A stretch of DNA of 59,263 nt, counting the filler. It is 7 parts of 7 records of this genome, joined end to end, with 100 filler letters (N's around TTAATTAATTAA, not from the genome) between each part and the next. Parts side by side here need not be neighbours in the genome. Positions count along the whole stretch, not along the records: positions 14,511 to 26,800 come from SRR31156797_30622; positions 26,901 to 32,262 come from SRR31156797_30633; 5 more parts are not named here. One strand, 5' to 3'. The first letter of the stretch is position 1. Each line of letters opens with the position of its first letter. Both the position numbers and the translations under genes were made by a program. Below, piece after piece: positions 21,119-31,483 of this stretch. The notes beneath the pieces were generated by a model. It was given only the letters and a program-made list of their open reading frames with translations, did no database searches and was not told where the DNA came from.

Positions 21119-22018
21119 ATGTGGAATCAAGTCAATGACCTCATGGCCGGGGCCTGTGATTTGCACATTCATTCAGGACCGGATGTTTCGCCGAGGCAGC
21201 AGGACATTATGGATGTGGCCCGTGATGCGGCTCAAGCCGGCATGCGGGTTCTGGGCATTAAGGATCATAACACCATTACCGCCGACCGGGCGGCCCTGGT
21301 TCATTCGGCTTTAGGCCGTCAGGTTTTGATGTTGGGAAGCGTTGTGTTGAATTACGCTGTGGGGGGGTTCAACATCGAGGCCGTGGAAAAAGCTTTAAAC
21401 ATGGGGGCCAGGCTGGTCTTCATGCCCAGCATGGATGCGGCCAAGACCATTGAAAAAGTTCATATTACCCATGAAACGCCGTGGCTTCTGCCGTTCACCA
21501 GGCTGAAAGATCCGGCTGCCGGCTTGACGGTTTTGGACCGCTACCCGGACGGGGACAAGATCATCCCTCAAGTAAGGGAGATCCTCCGCCTGATCGCCGA
21601 AAAAGATGCGGTTTTGGACACGTGCCATCTTTCGGCCCGCGAGTGCTGGTATTTGATCGACGCGGCCCGGGAAGCCGGCGTGCAACGGATTATCGTGACC
21701 CATCCCAATTGCAGTGTGAATCTCATGACCGTTGAGGAACAGAGGGAATTGGCCGCCAAAGGCGCTTACCTCAGCTATGCCTTTCTACCCTGCATGCCGC
21801 TCTTCGACCGGCAGCATCCCATCAAGATCGCCGAAATGATGAAGGCCGTGGGACTGGACCGCTGCCTTTTGTTTTCCGATTTCGGTCAGGTCTTTAATCC
21901 GCCGTCGGTGGAGGGGTACAAGATGTTTTTGGCCAACCTGCTGGCGGTTGGTCTGGAAGTTAAAGATCTCAGAAAAGCGGCTTCGGAGAACCCGGCCCGG
22001 CTCCTGGGATTGGAGTAA
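21119..22018 (+). CDS. Amidohydrolase-fold metalloprotein (DUF6282/phosphotriesterase-like)
   Basis: DLHIHSGPD, IKDH, CHLS, VTHP, SDFGQ and ENPARLLG motifs. Confidence 0.8.
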   Translation: MWNQVNDLMAGACDLHIHSGPDVSPRQQDIMDVARDAAQAGMRVLGIKDHNTITADRAALVHSALGRQVLMLGSVVLNYAVGGFNIEAVEKALNMGARLVFMPSMDAAKTIEKVHITHETPWLLPFTRLKDPAAGLTVLDRYPDGDKIIPQVREILRLIAEKDAVLDTCHLSARECWYLIDAAREAGVQRIIVTHPNCSVNLMTVEEQRELAAKGAYLSYAFLPCMPLFDRQHPIKIAEMMKAVGLDRCLLFSDFGQVFNPPSVEGYKMFLANLLAVGLEVKDLRKAASENPARLLGLE

Positions 22019-22120
22019 TCCTGACCGCATTTTTGGATAGGCCCTTCGGCCGAACCGGGTCTTGGGTCGAAACTCTTTAATGATTGCAAATAATGAAAAA
22101 CCAAATGGGGAGGAAAAAAG

Positions 22121-22918
22121 ATGAAACTGAGACTTATGGATTTTGGGGCTCTGACTGCGGATGAAGGTTGGACTTTCGAAGCCGGCGGCGTATCCACTCA
22201 CAGTGATGCAAACCCGAAGGCGCCCAGGCGGAACTTTCATATGGCGGGCGCCATGATCGAACATCCCGAATACGGTCTTATCCTGTATGAAATCGGTCCG
22301 GCGCCCAATTGGGATGAGCTCTGGCCGCCGCCGGTTAAGGAGGTTTTCGGCATCACCCGATACGCGGATGAAAACCGATTGGACAACATACTCAAGCAGG
22401 CGGGATACTCGGTCAACGACGTCAAAGGCATTATCATCGGTCACATGCACCTGGACCACGCCGGCGGATTGGAATTTTTCCGGGGCCTGGATGTGCCGGT
22501 TTATGTCCATGAGGATGAAATCAAATACAGCTTCTACGCCATTGCCACCAAACAGGATTTCGGCGCCTATTTGCCGCACTATATCGACAGCGCCTTTAAC
22601 TTCAAACCGGTCCATGGAGATGAGTGCGAACTTTTTGAGGGCATCACCCTGTACAAGACGCCGGGTCACACACCCGGGACCATGTCCATGAGGGTGGAAC
22701 TGGGCAGCGGGGAAAACTTTCTGTTTACTTCGGACACCATGTTCTTCAAAGAAAACTATTTTGACGGACAGCCCACGGGCTGGTTGACCCGGGATATGGG
22801 CGAGTGGTGGAAGAGTCTGGCGAAATTAAGATTAATCGCCGACCGTCACAATTGCCATGTGATCTTTGGGCACGACGGCGACATTTTCAAGGAACACTTG
22901 GGCAAGGTTTATGCTTGA
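22121..22918 (+). CDS. N-acyl-homoserine lactonase family MBL hydrolase (AiiA/AttM-like)
   Basis: HMHLDHAGG, TPGHTPG, FTSD and FGHD metal-ligand motifs. Confidence 0.88.
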   Translation: MKLRLMDFGALTADEGWTFEAGGVSTHSDANPKAPRRNFHMAGAMIEHPEYGLILYEIGPAPNWDELWPPPVKEVFGITRYADENRLDNILKQAGYSVNDVKGIIIGHMHLDHAGGLEFFRGLDVPVYVHEDEIKYSFYAIATKQDFGAYLPHYIDSAFNFKPVHGDECELFEGITLYKTPGHTPGTMSMRVELGSGENFLFTSDTMFFKENYFDGQPTGWLTRDMGEWWKSLAKLRLIADRHNCHVIFGHDGDIFKEHLGKVYA

Positions 22919-22964
22919 CCATATCCGTACAGGCTCTCCGCTCCGGGGAGCCTGTATTTGTGAT

Positions 22965-25187
22965 TCATGAGGCCGGAAAGACCGGGAAACGGCTTCGGGC
23001 ATCGGCCAGTGCCCGAAGGCGGTATAGAAGGCGTTTAAAGATGATCAGGGTATGGGCGAAGCGTTGTTTAAAGGCCATTGATTTGGATATGATGATCCCC
23101 CCACGCAGATCATCCATGATTTTCTGAAATTCCCGGTCCCCGTCATCGAGACGCAAGGAAAAGGTATGAAAATCCTCTTTGGACCGGACCAGGGATGTCA
23201 AAGAAACGGTTTCCACCAGATGGGGCATGAAATCCGGGTTGAGTTGGATCAGAACCCGGGCCGTTTCCTCATCCACCGCGCCCATGCCCGCGCTCTCCTC
23301 GGCCAGAAGGCGCAACTGTTCCAGCCAGAACCGGACCGGAACCCCGTCATCGGACGTCAGCTCCACCTGGTTCAGCAGGGTCTGGAGTGTGGATTGAAGT
23401 GCCGTCACATCCAGGGCCACCGTTCCGGGAACCCTGGTGCCATGGAACCGGGCAGCCAGCTCTTCCCCGATGGCGGAAAGCTTCGTTTCAGAAACCCTGA
23501 TGCTTTCCTTAAATTTTGCCAGCAGATCTTCGGGCCACACCAGGAGGTTGATGGTAAAGGTGAACAGAACACCCAGGAAAATGCCCACCAGCCGCTCCGT
23601 TGGGGGCGCCAGGCTGGTCATGGCGGCCAAATCGTGCACCGTGGCCAGGATATAACAGAGCCCCGCCTGACATCCCAGGTAAGCGGCACCCGGACGTCCC
23701 CCCCAGATAAAGGCGAAAAAAAACACCACCAAAAACAAGGAAATAGAGAGCACAAGGGTGGATTCCACCTGAAACCCTAAAAATAGATAGCCGGAGACCG
23801 CCCCCACCAGGCATCCCGTAAACCGCAACAACCCCTTGTGGGTCGTGCTCATGAGATCCTGCTGCAAGACGGTAATCACCGCCACCGACATGTTGAGGGC
23901 CCCTCCCGGAATTTCAGCCCAGAACCAGAACCAGAAAACAGAGACAATACCCAAGGCCCCTTTGACGGCGTATTTCAGGGAAGGGATGTGCAGGGTTCGA
24001 GTACGGCCGAGAAATAAAAACCGGTACAGGTCGGAAGGTTCCCCATGGGCGCTCTTCTCCGGAACAGCAGCCACCTCGTTGACGGAGTCTTCCCGGGTTT
24101 TAAAAGTGAGATCGTTGACAATGCGCCGCAGCAGGAAAATCAGTTCCAGAAAAGTCAGAAAATCAATGACCCCATACGCCTCTTTTGTTCCATCACCAAG
24201 GGTTTTTCCATAATCCGACTCCAGGCGCGCCAGGGTTTGCTGCATATTTTCAAGTGACGGATCTTTCTCATCCAGTGACCAGCCTTCGGTTTTTGCCAGC
24301 AAAGCCAGGTTTTCCAGTAATTCTCCCATACCCTTCCGATGGCGGCTCTGGTATGTGCTTTCCGGAACCTGCCGGGATACTTCCTGATAAAAGGCATGGA
24401 AATCCTCAATACGCCTGCTGAGTCGATTGATAAGCGCATCCAGGATATCCGGATCTCCCTTGAGCAGCTTCATTTCGAAAGCGGCATCTGTCAACAGAGC
24501 CATGATTTTGCGCGATCCCTGCATCAATTTCCGGTATGACCCTTCCACCTCTTCCGGACGGTAATCACATGTCATATATTGACGCACAATCTCCCGGATC
24601 CATTCAAGGGTCCCGGCCCGATAACGTTCAAAATCCTGTTTCAGTGTTTCATGGGCGTAGTCGGGGAAGAGCGCCACATTCACCACCAGGGAAACCAGCA
24701 CGCCGATGGTGATGGCGGCGCCCCGGTGAACCGTGATATGGACGGTAATATCCGGTTGGGTCATCCCGATCATGGATATGAGCACGCCGTTCATGAGGAA
24801 ATAGCTCCAGAAATAGCCGATGCGTGCGGTTACTCCCAGATAAAAACCGAGAACCGAAAGAGAGAAAAAGACAAGGGTATAGGTGATGTGCAACTGAAGA
24901 AAAAGACCGGTCAGTACCACCGCCAGAAAACAGCCGCAACAGGCGCCGCCTGCCCGCATCCATCCTTTCCGGATGGATGCCGCCACATTGGGCTGCATCA
25001 TGATCATGGTGGTGATGCCGGCCCAGTAAGCCTCCTTTAAATCGAGGAGGTAAACGAGCATCACCGACATGACGCAGGCCAGGGCTGTTTTTAGGGCCTG
25101 GCGGGTCTGCCGGGTACCCCAGGCGAAATGGCGAAAGGTTTCGGATAGATCGGTATGGATGAGCCTGAAATGATCCCGGAGGGTCAT
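22965..25187 (-). CDS. FUSC family inner-membrane efflux subunit
   Basis: Two TM blocks (ALKTALA..AYWAGIT..R..G and LKYAVKG..LRFTG..ERL..I..G) separated by helical regions. Confidence 0.88.
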   Translation of the reverse strand: MTLRDHFRLIHTDLSETFRHFAWGTRQTRQALKTALACVMSVMLVYLLDLKEAYWAGITTMIMMQPNVAASIRKGWMRAGGACCGCFLAVVLTGLFLQLHITYTLVFFSLSVLGFYLGVTARIGYFWSYFLMNGVLISMIGMTQPDITVHITVHRGAAITIGVLVSLVVNVALFPDYAHETLKQDFERYRAGTLEWIREIVRQYMTCDYRPEEVEGSYRKLMQGSRKIMALLTDAAFEMKLLKGDPDILDALINRLSRRIEDFHAFYQEVSRQVPESTYQSRHRKGMGELLENLALLAKTEGWSLDEKDPSLENMQQTLARLESDYGKTLGDGTKEAYGVIDFLTFLELIFLLRRIVNDLTFKTREDSVNEVAAVPEKSAHGEPSDLYRFLFLGRTRTLHIPSLKYAVKGALGIVSVFWFWFWAEIPGGALNMSVAVITVLQQDLMSTTHKGLLRFTGCLVGAVSGYLFLGFQVESTLVLSISLFLVVFFFAFIWGGRPGAAYLGCQAGLCYILATVHDLAAMTSLAPPTERLVGIFLGVLFTFTINLLVWPEDLLAKFKESIRVSETKLSAIGEELAARFHGTRVPGTVALDVTALQSTLQTLLNQVELTSDDGVPVRFWLEQLRLLAEESAGMGAVDEETARVLIQLNPDFMPHLVETVSLTSLVRSKEDFHTFSLRLDDGDREFQKIMDDLRGGIIISKSMAFKQRFAHTLIIFKRLLYRLRALADARSRFPVFPAS

Positions 25188-26182
25188 GGCGCAACACTGG
25201 GTTCCGAACCCAGGAAAATCAAGGTGCGGACATCGGCCCCCATGCGGAACTGAACATCCGGGGGAGGATCCACAATTTTGATACGAACCGGAAAGCGGTA
25301 TTGAAGTCTGATCCAGTCGATGGTGGGGGATATGTAGGGAAGCGCTCCCTGGGGCTTGTCACTGCGGCTGACGCCGGTCCCGAGGCTGACCACCCTCCCC
25401 TCGAAAATACGGGATGGGTACAGATCGCATTGTATCCATACCTTTTGACCCTGCTTGATTTTACCACAATGGCTTTCCTTGTAATTGGCCTCCACCCAGA
25501 TTTCGGTGGTTTCCACGATGCCGAACATGGGCTCCCCCACCACCGCGTAATCCCCGGGCCGGATGTACATATTGTTCACGTACCCGGGGTTGGGAGCACA
25601 GAGCCGGCACATGGACAAATCATATTCCGCCAGGGCCACCCGGGCCCGGCTGGCATCGATGACGGTGGCCTGTTCGGCCACGGCCGCCATCCAGTATTTG
25701 ACGTTCTCCTTGGCCTGGGTAAGCCTTATGGTCACATTATCCAGTTCCGTTTCCACATCTTCATATGCCTGCTTGCTCACCGCATTCTCCCGCACCAGTT
25801 CCTTAAACCGGTCCCGCTTTTTCACGGCCAGCTTGAATTCAGCGGTAACGCTCTTGAGGGTTTCACAGGCCATTTCATATTTGACCTGGGTAACCTTGAG
25901 CTGTGCACGGTCCTGGGCCAGGGTGGCCTTGTGAACGTTCAACACAAGTTGATAAGGGTATTCTTCCAGTTCGATCATCAACTCCCCCTGTTTGACCAGC
26001 TGGTTATTCTGAACATGAACAGCCTTCACATGCCCCTTGACCCGGGGGCTGACGGCGGCCCAGTTGGCCCGGATGTAGGCATTGGATGTATAGACCACCA
26101 CCTCATGAAAAATAACGGCAACGGCGATGCAGAGCGCAACAAAGAGGAGAAAAAAGATGAGAAATTTTCGGGGTTTTTTCAT
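25184..26182 (-). CDS. HlyD family membrane fusion protein
   Basis: NAYI, VSPRVKG, VEANYKE and WIRLQYRFPVRI motifs; overlaps the FUSC gene start. Confidence 0.93.
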   Translation of the reverse strand: MKKPRKFLIFFLLFVALCIAVAVIFHEVVVYTSNAYIRANWAAVSPRVKGHVKAVHVQNNQLVKQGELMIELEEYPYQLVLNVHKATLAQDRAQLKVTQVKYEMACETLKSVTAEFKLAVKKRDRFKELVRENAVSKQAYEDVETELDNVTIRLTQAKENVKYWMAAVAEQATVIDASRARVALAEYDLSMCRLCAPNPGYVNNMYIRPGDYAVVGEPMFGIVETTEIWVEANYKESHCGKIKQGQKVWIQCDLYPSRIFEGRVVSLGTGVSRSDKPQGALPYISPTIDWIRLQYRFPVRIKIVDPPPDVQFRMGADVRTLIFLGSEPSVAP

Positions 26183-26265
26183 TTACATGATTTCTTGGAA
26201 GTTATGATGTACTGAAAAATACGGAATTGGTAACCGGTGGTCAAGGAAAAGCGGCTGTCCAACAC

Positions 26266-26799
26266 CTATCCGGCCAGCCGCCGCATGATACGGGAAAAGC
26301 GCTGACCGGCCATATGGACGTTGTCCAGCACGTCCAGGCCGAGGAGGTCCTCGTCTTTTTCCAGCTCGGGAATCGGCGGCGCGCCTTCGCCGGCGATCAG
26401 GGCCGTGTTATCCCGCATTCGGTAGGAGAGCATCCGGGCCACGGCGTGATAGAATCGTGCCGCAAACCCGACGTCTATTTCCAGCTGTCTCATAAGCGCC
26501 GTGCGGGGAACGGTCAGTACATGGACGTCCCGCACCACCGTGACGGTCGCGGATGCGGGCCGGTCGTCCACAAAGGAGATTTCCCCCACCATGTCGCCCA
26601 CGGACATCCTACCCAACTCACGGGGACCCTTATGGGTTTTGATGGAAGCCGCCAACTCCCCCTCCAGCAGAATATAGAGGGCGTCAATCATCTCCCCCTC
26701 GGCGATGAGCACTTCACCCACGGGAAACCGCCGGCGCTCCCCGCAAGCGATCAGCCACTCCACGTCATTGTCGTCCAATCCACCCAGGATATAGAGCAC
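26266..26799 (-). CDS. Cyclic-nucleotide-binding domain protein, 5'-truncated
   Basis: LIAEGE..LYILLEG, GDMVGEISF and RPASATV motifs. Confidence 0.88.
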   Translation of the reverse strand: MLYILGGLDDNDVEWLIACGERRRFPVGEVLIAEGEMIDALYILLEGELAASIKTHKGPRELGRMSVGDMVGEISFVDDRPASATVTVVRDVHVLTVPRTALMRQLEIDVGFAARFYHAVARMLSYRMRDNTALIAGEGAPPIPELEKDEDLLGLDVLDNVHMAGQRFSRIMRRLAG

Positions 26800-26800
26800 T

Positions 26801-26900
26801 NNNNNNNNNNNNNNNNNNNNNNNNNNNNNNNNNNNNNNNNNNNNTTAATTAATTAANNNNNNNNNNNNNNNNNNNNNNNNNNNNNNNNNNNNNNNNNNNN
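26801..26900. other. Artificial contig spacer
   Basis: N run with a central TTAATTAATTAA. Confidence 0.99.
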
Positions 26901-27655
26901 TTTCTGGCCAGTTCGTACTCTTCCAGCAAAACGGCCCCGGCCCCTTCCCCCACCACCAAACCGTCCCGCTTTGCATCAAATGGGCGGGGGGTGAGATGGG
27001 GGGTGTGGTTGTATTCCGTTGAACAGGCCAACAGGTTATCGAATACGGCCACGGTGGTGGTGTCGTACTCGTCCGCTCCACCGCAGACCATGGCATCCTG
27101 CATGCCGTATTTGATCGCCTCATAGCCGTATCCGATGGACTGGCTGCTGGTGGTGCAGGCTGTTGAAGAAGAGATCACACGGCCGGTGATTTCAAACATC
27201 TTGGTAATGTTGACCGCTGTGGTATGGACCATGCTCTTGAGGTAATCCACTGCGCCGATGGCGGAGAAACGCTCTTCCGAACCGCTGAAGAAATGTTCAT
27301 AGATATGTCTCTGAACCGTGGGGCTGCCATGGGTGGAGCCAAAAGCCACGCCAAGCCTTCCCGAAGATATGAAGTTCTGCTCCAAACCGGCGGATTCAAG
27401 CACTTCTTTCACAACCTGGCAGGCGTAGTAGGCAACAGGACCCATGGTTTTGCGATATTTTCTTTTAAACCTGAAATCGATGGGATAGCTGACGGTACCG
27501 AAAACTTTGGATTCCACACGATCGGTCAGGAGATCGTCTTCTCTGATTTTCTTTACGCCTGATTTCCCATTGATGAGGCTGTCGATCAGTTCATCTTTGG
27601 CGTGGCCGATGGGTGTGATGGCCGAAGCGGCTGTAATAACGACTCTTCTTTCCAT
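26901..27655 (-). CDS. Beta-ketoacyl-ACP synthase (FabF-like), 3'-truncated
   Basis: RRVVIT, active-site STACTTS, RPFDAKRDGLVVGEGAG motifs. Confidence 0.93.
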
Positions 27656-27676
27656 GTTGTACCCGTTCTCAAAAAC

Positions 27677-27937
27677 CTACATCAAGTCCCTTGTTACGGC
27701 AAGGGATACCACGTAATCGCAGATCTGATTGACGGTGCGGATCTCCATTGAGTCCTTTTTTTCCTGTCGGGTCAATTCCGAACCCAGCATTTTTTCAATT
27801 TCACCCAAAAGTTCCAGCGCATCAATGCTGTCAAAATCATGATCTTCCGTCAGGTTATCATCCAACCCGGGGTTGACGATTTCAAATTCCTCTTCAAAAA
27901 TCAGTAATATGTTGGTTTTTATGTCATCTCGTGTCAT
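27677..27937 (-). CDS. Acyl carrier protein
   Basis: 86-aa acidic protein with the FDSIDALE phosphopantetheine site and IRTV. Confidence 0.9.
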   Translation of the reverse strand: MTRDDIKTNILLIFEEEFEIVNPGLDDNLTEDHDFDSIDALELLGEIEKMLGSELTRQEKKDSMEIRTVNQICDYVVSLAVTRDLM

Positions 27938-28049
27938 TGAGACCGCCTCATTATTTATGCATGCATGTCGTCGAAATGCTGACGGATAATGGTATTGGAT
28001 TGCACCAGAGATGTCAATGTGGAATGGAAATCCGGTTATATATTAGAAA

Positions 28050-28955
28050 TTAAAGAATCTTTTTGCCCAGAAAGGGCTCGAAATGATACCACTGGAAAGG
28101 GTGTTGACGGATATTTTCCGCCAGATGATCGGCATATTTCTGCGCTGTTTCATCAATGACGTTGCGCCTGTGGGCACGTGAAACACCAGTTTCAATTTCA
28201 CTGGCAATTTCAATGGGCCCGCTGATGGAAACATGATAGTGCGCCCGGCCCGTGCGCCAGGCGAAAAAGACATACAAAGGGACGTTTGAAAGAAGCGCAA
28301 GGAGGTAAGGGGTCTCGGGAAGAACCGCTTCGTATCCCAGAAAAGCCACCCGAACACTTCGCTGATCCCGGTGCCAGAGGACATCGCCCGTCATGGACAC
28401 CATGCCGCCGCCTCTGAGCTGTTTGACCCCTTCCACGATGTCAAAGGGGGAACCGCCGTCCTTGTTAACGGCAATAACCTTGATGCCTGCATTCAGCAAA
28501 TCCTCTTTTTGGAAACTTTCAATCTGTTCTTTTTGGTTTTTTCCCATGTAGAGCAGTAAGCTGAGTTCCGGCAGTTCCCGCTTCAGATGATGGGCGGCTG
28601 CATCCCAGCTTCCCGCATGGGACATAATCATCACGCCCCCTGTGCGATTTTTCATGGCGCGTTTGACATGTTCCAGGCCCGTTGAGGTGAAGGTGGCGTT
28701 TGCTGAAGTGTTTGCAATCATGGCCCTTTCAAGAAAAACATCCGTAAAAGCATGGAATTGTTTCCAGGTACACCAGATATGGTATGGTATGCGCCGGTTC
28801 GGGAAAAGCGCTTTGTAGAAGTTGATCCCCGTTCTGACGCGATGGGGGCAGAAAACAAAATAACCCGCGGCAACAAACCGGGCAAATAGCTTGAAAAACC
28901 ATCCGCCGAATTTTCCGGAGCCTCTGATGAGCGTTTTGTAGAACCATCCCTTCAT
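28050..28955 (-). CDS. LpxL/LPLAT family acyltransferase
   Basis: HAGSWD (HX4D) motif, GD, FLG..P and HPFQWYHF C-terminus. Confidence 0.87.
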   Translation of the reverse strand: MKGWFYKTLIRGSGKFGGWFFKLFARFVAAGYFVFCPHRVRTGINFYKALFPNRRIPYHIWCTWKQFHAFTDVFLERAMIANTSANATFTSTGLEHVKRAMKNRTGGVMIMSHAGSWDAAAHHLKRELPELSLLLYMGKNQKEQIESFQKEDLLNAGIKVIAVNKDGGSPFDIVEGVKQLRGGGMVSMTGDVLWHRDQRSVRVAFLGYEAVLPETPYLLALLSNVPLYVFFAWRTGRAHYHVSISGPIEIASEIETGVSRAHRRNVIDETAQKYADHLAENIRQHPFQWYHFEPFLGKKIL

Positions 28956-28961
28956 GATTTG

Positions 28962-29375
28962 TTAAAATCCCAGGGGTTTTCGAATATCTTCGGGGATTTC
29001 AAACATCATTTCCATTTGTGGGTACACCACCGCAACCTGCTCGCTCCTTCCCCTGGCGCAAATCTGGTTGTGCCCTTGACGCCTGATTTCAAAATCCATG
29101 ACGATTTTGACTTTGGCTTCCAGAACCGTGACTTTGCACAGGAGTTCGTCGCGGTTTCGAAGGGCGACGATGTGTTTGGTGGAGGTTTTAATGATGGGGA
29201 ACAGATAACTTGTTTTTTCAAAATAATCTTGAAGATCAATGCCGCATTGATCGAGGAGGGCGAACCTGGCCACATCAAAATATTTCATTAGATTTCCATG
29301 CCAGACAATATTCATGGGGTCCAGATGGTGGAAGGGGACCGTTATTCCCACTTGGCAGCTTTTTCGATTTTCCAT
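28962..29375 (-). CDS. Hot-dog fold acyl-CoA/ACP thioesterase (4-HBT family)
   Basis: VPFHHLDPMNIVWHGNLMKYFDVAR motif; start moved to MENRK. Confidence 0.9.
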   Translation of the reverse strand: MENRKSCQVGITVPFHHLDPMNIVWHGNLMKYFDVARFALLDQCGIDLQDYFEKTSYLFPIIKTSTKHIVALRNRDELLCKVTVLEAKVKIVMDFEIRRQGHNQICARGRSEQVAVVYPQMEMMFEIPEDIRKPLGF

Positions 29376-29573
29376 AAGCGTCAGTTGAGATGGTTGACTG
29401 AATTTTCGTTCCCAAGCTCTTTGCGGGACCGTGCTACACCCTATTTGGCACCACCTTCCCATGTCAAGAAATTATTGACGGCATCCATGGTGTATTGATA
29501 CAATGATCACCAGAATTAATTCAGTATAACCGACCCTTTGAACTGAACTTTACCCCGGCCCCAAGGTGAAACC

Positions 29574-31148
29574 ATGAAAATAAGCAATGTCAATGAAATG
29601 AGAGAACTGGACAGGACCGCCATTGAAACATATGGCATTCAAGAAGAACTGCTCATGGAGAATGCCGGTGATGCGGTATATTTTGTTATTCTGAACAACT
29701 TGGACATAGAGAAGAAGCGATTCGTTGTTTTTTGCGGATTGGGCAACAATGGCGGAGACGGTTTTGTCATCGCAAGGAAACTTCATTCCAACGGCGCCCT
29801 TGTCAAGGTCTTCATCCTTGGGGACCAGGAAAAATACAGAGGGGCCGCAAAGCTGAACCTGGATATCCTGAAACGTCTCTCCGTTGAGATTCGTGAAGTT
29901 CAGGACGAACCATCTGTTCATCTGGATATCATGCACTCCCATGCCGTGGTGGATGCAATCCTGGGAACCGGGCTTATGCGGGATGTTAAAGGCCTTTACC
30001 GCCATATCATCGACAGTATTAACAGGAGCGGAAAGATCGTATTCAGTGCCGATATCCCCTCCGGTGTGGCAGGGAATACGGGAGAAGTGATGGGGATTGC
30101 TGTAAAGGCGGATTACACGGTGACTTTCGGGCTTCCCAAACTGGGAAATCTCATGTTTCCGGGTTATGATTTATGCGGTGAATTGTATGTAACCCATATC
30201 TCTTTTCCGCCCGAATTGTACGATTCAGACCATCTGAAGGTGGGCGTTATGCCGCACATAACGCTTCCCCCAAGGGATGTCCGTGCCCACAAGGGGAGTA
30301 TGGGTCAGGTCCTTTTTATCTCCGGTGCAGCGGGGTATTTTGGCGCGCCTTATTTTGCGGCCTTCTCTTTTCTGAAAGCCGGAGGTGGGTATTCCCGTCT
30401 GGCGGCCCCTGAATCCATAACCCCGTTTATCGCCAGTAAAGGGAGCGAAATTGTTTTATTGCCTCAAAAGGAGACGGTATCCGGGAGTATTGCCGTTGAA
30501 AACAAGGATTTCCTGCTTGATCTGGGCAATAAAATGGACATGGTTGTTATGGGTCCAGGCTTATCCCTTGAAGCGGAAACCTTAGCTCTGGTGAGGGAAC
30601 TTGTTAAAGACCTGGAAGTTCCCCTTCTGCTGGATGGTGACGGGATCACCGCCATCTGCAGCGACCTGCAAATATTGAAAGCGCGAAAGGCGGCAACGGT
30701 CCTGACACCCCATTTGGGTGAAATGGCCAGGATTACGGGGATGGATGCTCGGAAGATTGACCATGATAGCATCGATATTCTGCAACGAACTTCCCAACAG
30801 TTACAGTCGATTGTTGTATTGAAAGGTGCCCACAGTCTCGTTGGATTGCCCGACGCCAGGGTTTTTATGAACATGTCGGGAAATTCGGGTATGGCCACGG
30901 CCGGTTCAGGCGACGTTTTAACCGGGGTTATTGCCGCCATGTTCGGGCTTGGCCTGGATATTCAGGATGCGGTATTGAAAGGCGTCTTTCTCCATGGTTT
31001 TGCCGGGGATCTTGCAGCGGAAGAAAAAGGGTTGGACGGCATGACGGCCCGGGATATCCTTGACCATTTGCCTTTGGCCCTCAAAAAGGATAGGCGGGGA
31101 CTCAGCGGAGAATCGGTACGGCGTTACAATGGTGCCGGAGTCATATGA
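29574..31148 (+). CDS. nnr: Bifunctional NAD(P)HX epimerase/dehydratase
   Basis: LMENAG, GNNGGDG, DAILGTG, DIPSG, HKG, LTPHLGE and MATAGSGDVLTG motifs. Confidence 0.96.
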   Translation: MKISNVNEMRELDRTAIETYGIQEELLMENAGDAVYFVILNNLDIEKKRFVVFCGLGNNGGDGFVIARKLHSNGALVKVFILGDQEKYRGAAKLNLDILKRLSVEIREVQDEPSVHLDIMHSHAVVDAILGTGLMRDVKGLYRHIIDSINRSGKIVFSADIPSGVAGNTGEVMGIAVKADYTVTFGLPKLGNLMFPGYDLCGELYVTHISFPPELYDSDHLKVGVMPHITLPPRDVRAHKGSMGQVLFISGAAGYFGAPYFAAFSFLKAGGGYSRLAAPESITPFIASKGSEIVLLPQKETVSGSIAVENKDFLLDLGNKMDMVVMGPGLSLEAETLALVRELVKDLEVPLLLDGDGITAICSDLQILKARKAATVLTPHLGEMARITGMDARKIDHDSIDILQRTSQQLQSIVVLKGAHSLVGLPDARVFMNMSGNSGMATAGSGDVLTGVIAAMFGLGLDIQDAVLKGVFLHGFAGDLAAEEKGLDGMTARDILDHLPLALKKDRRGLSGESVRRYNGAGVI

Positions 31149-31483
31149 AGATTGCTGTTTCCGCGTGGTGTTTTTACCGCCATATCTGTGGTCTTTTCGA
31201 TACAGTTGATATCTCTTATTTGATTGCACCTACGTAAATATATGCCAAATCAGGCAGTTTCAAGGTAATGTTTTAATGGCAAGGATTTTGCAACATTTGC
31301 AAAGCCAACGTTGTGTTTTTAAGTGTCATCCAGCTCCAAAATCAGGGAAGCAGATGGTGATGCTTAAACTATGGCTTCTCGGGTGTGCGTGCATCTGTTC
31401 TTCCAAGATCTTAAAACCCTTAGGAGGGAAGATTAATCTGGAGGAAAATAACGGCATCCAGGGAAGCCTTTTTATTTTATAAA

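Noticed and set aside
18465-26215. Long antisense ORFs (18465-19367, 19749-20624, 21785-22669, 23166-23780, 25301-26215)
   Set aside because: Shadows of well-supported genes in GC-rich DNA; no recognisable motifs.
31276-31482. 68-aa ORF between nnr and UPF0280
   Set aside because: No motif or clear RBS; more likely intergenic promoter DNA.
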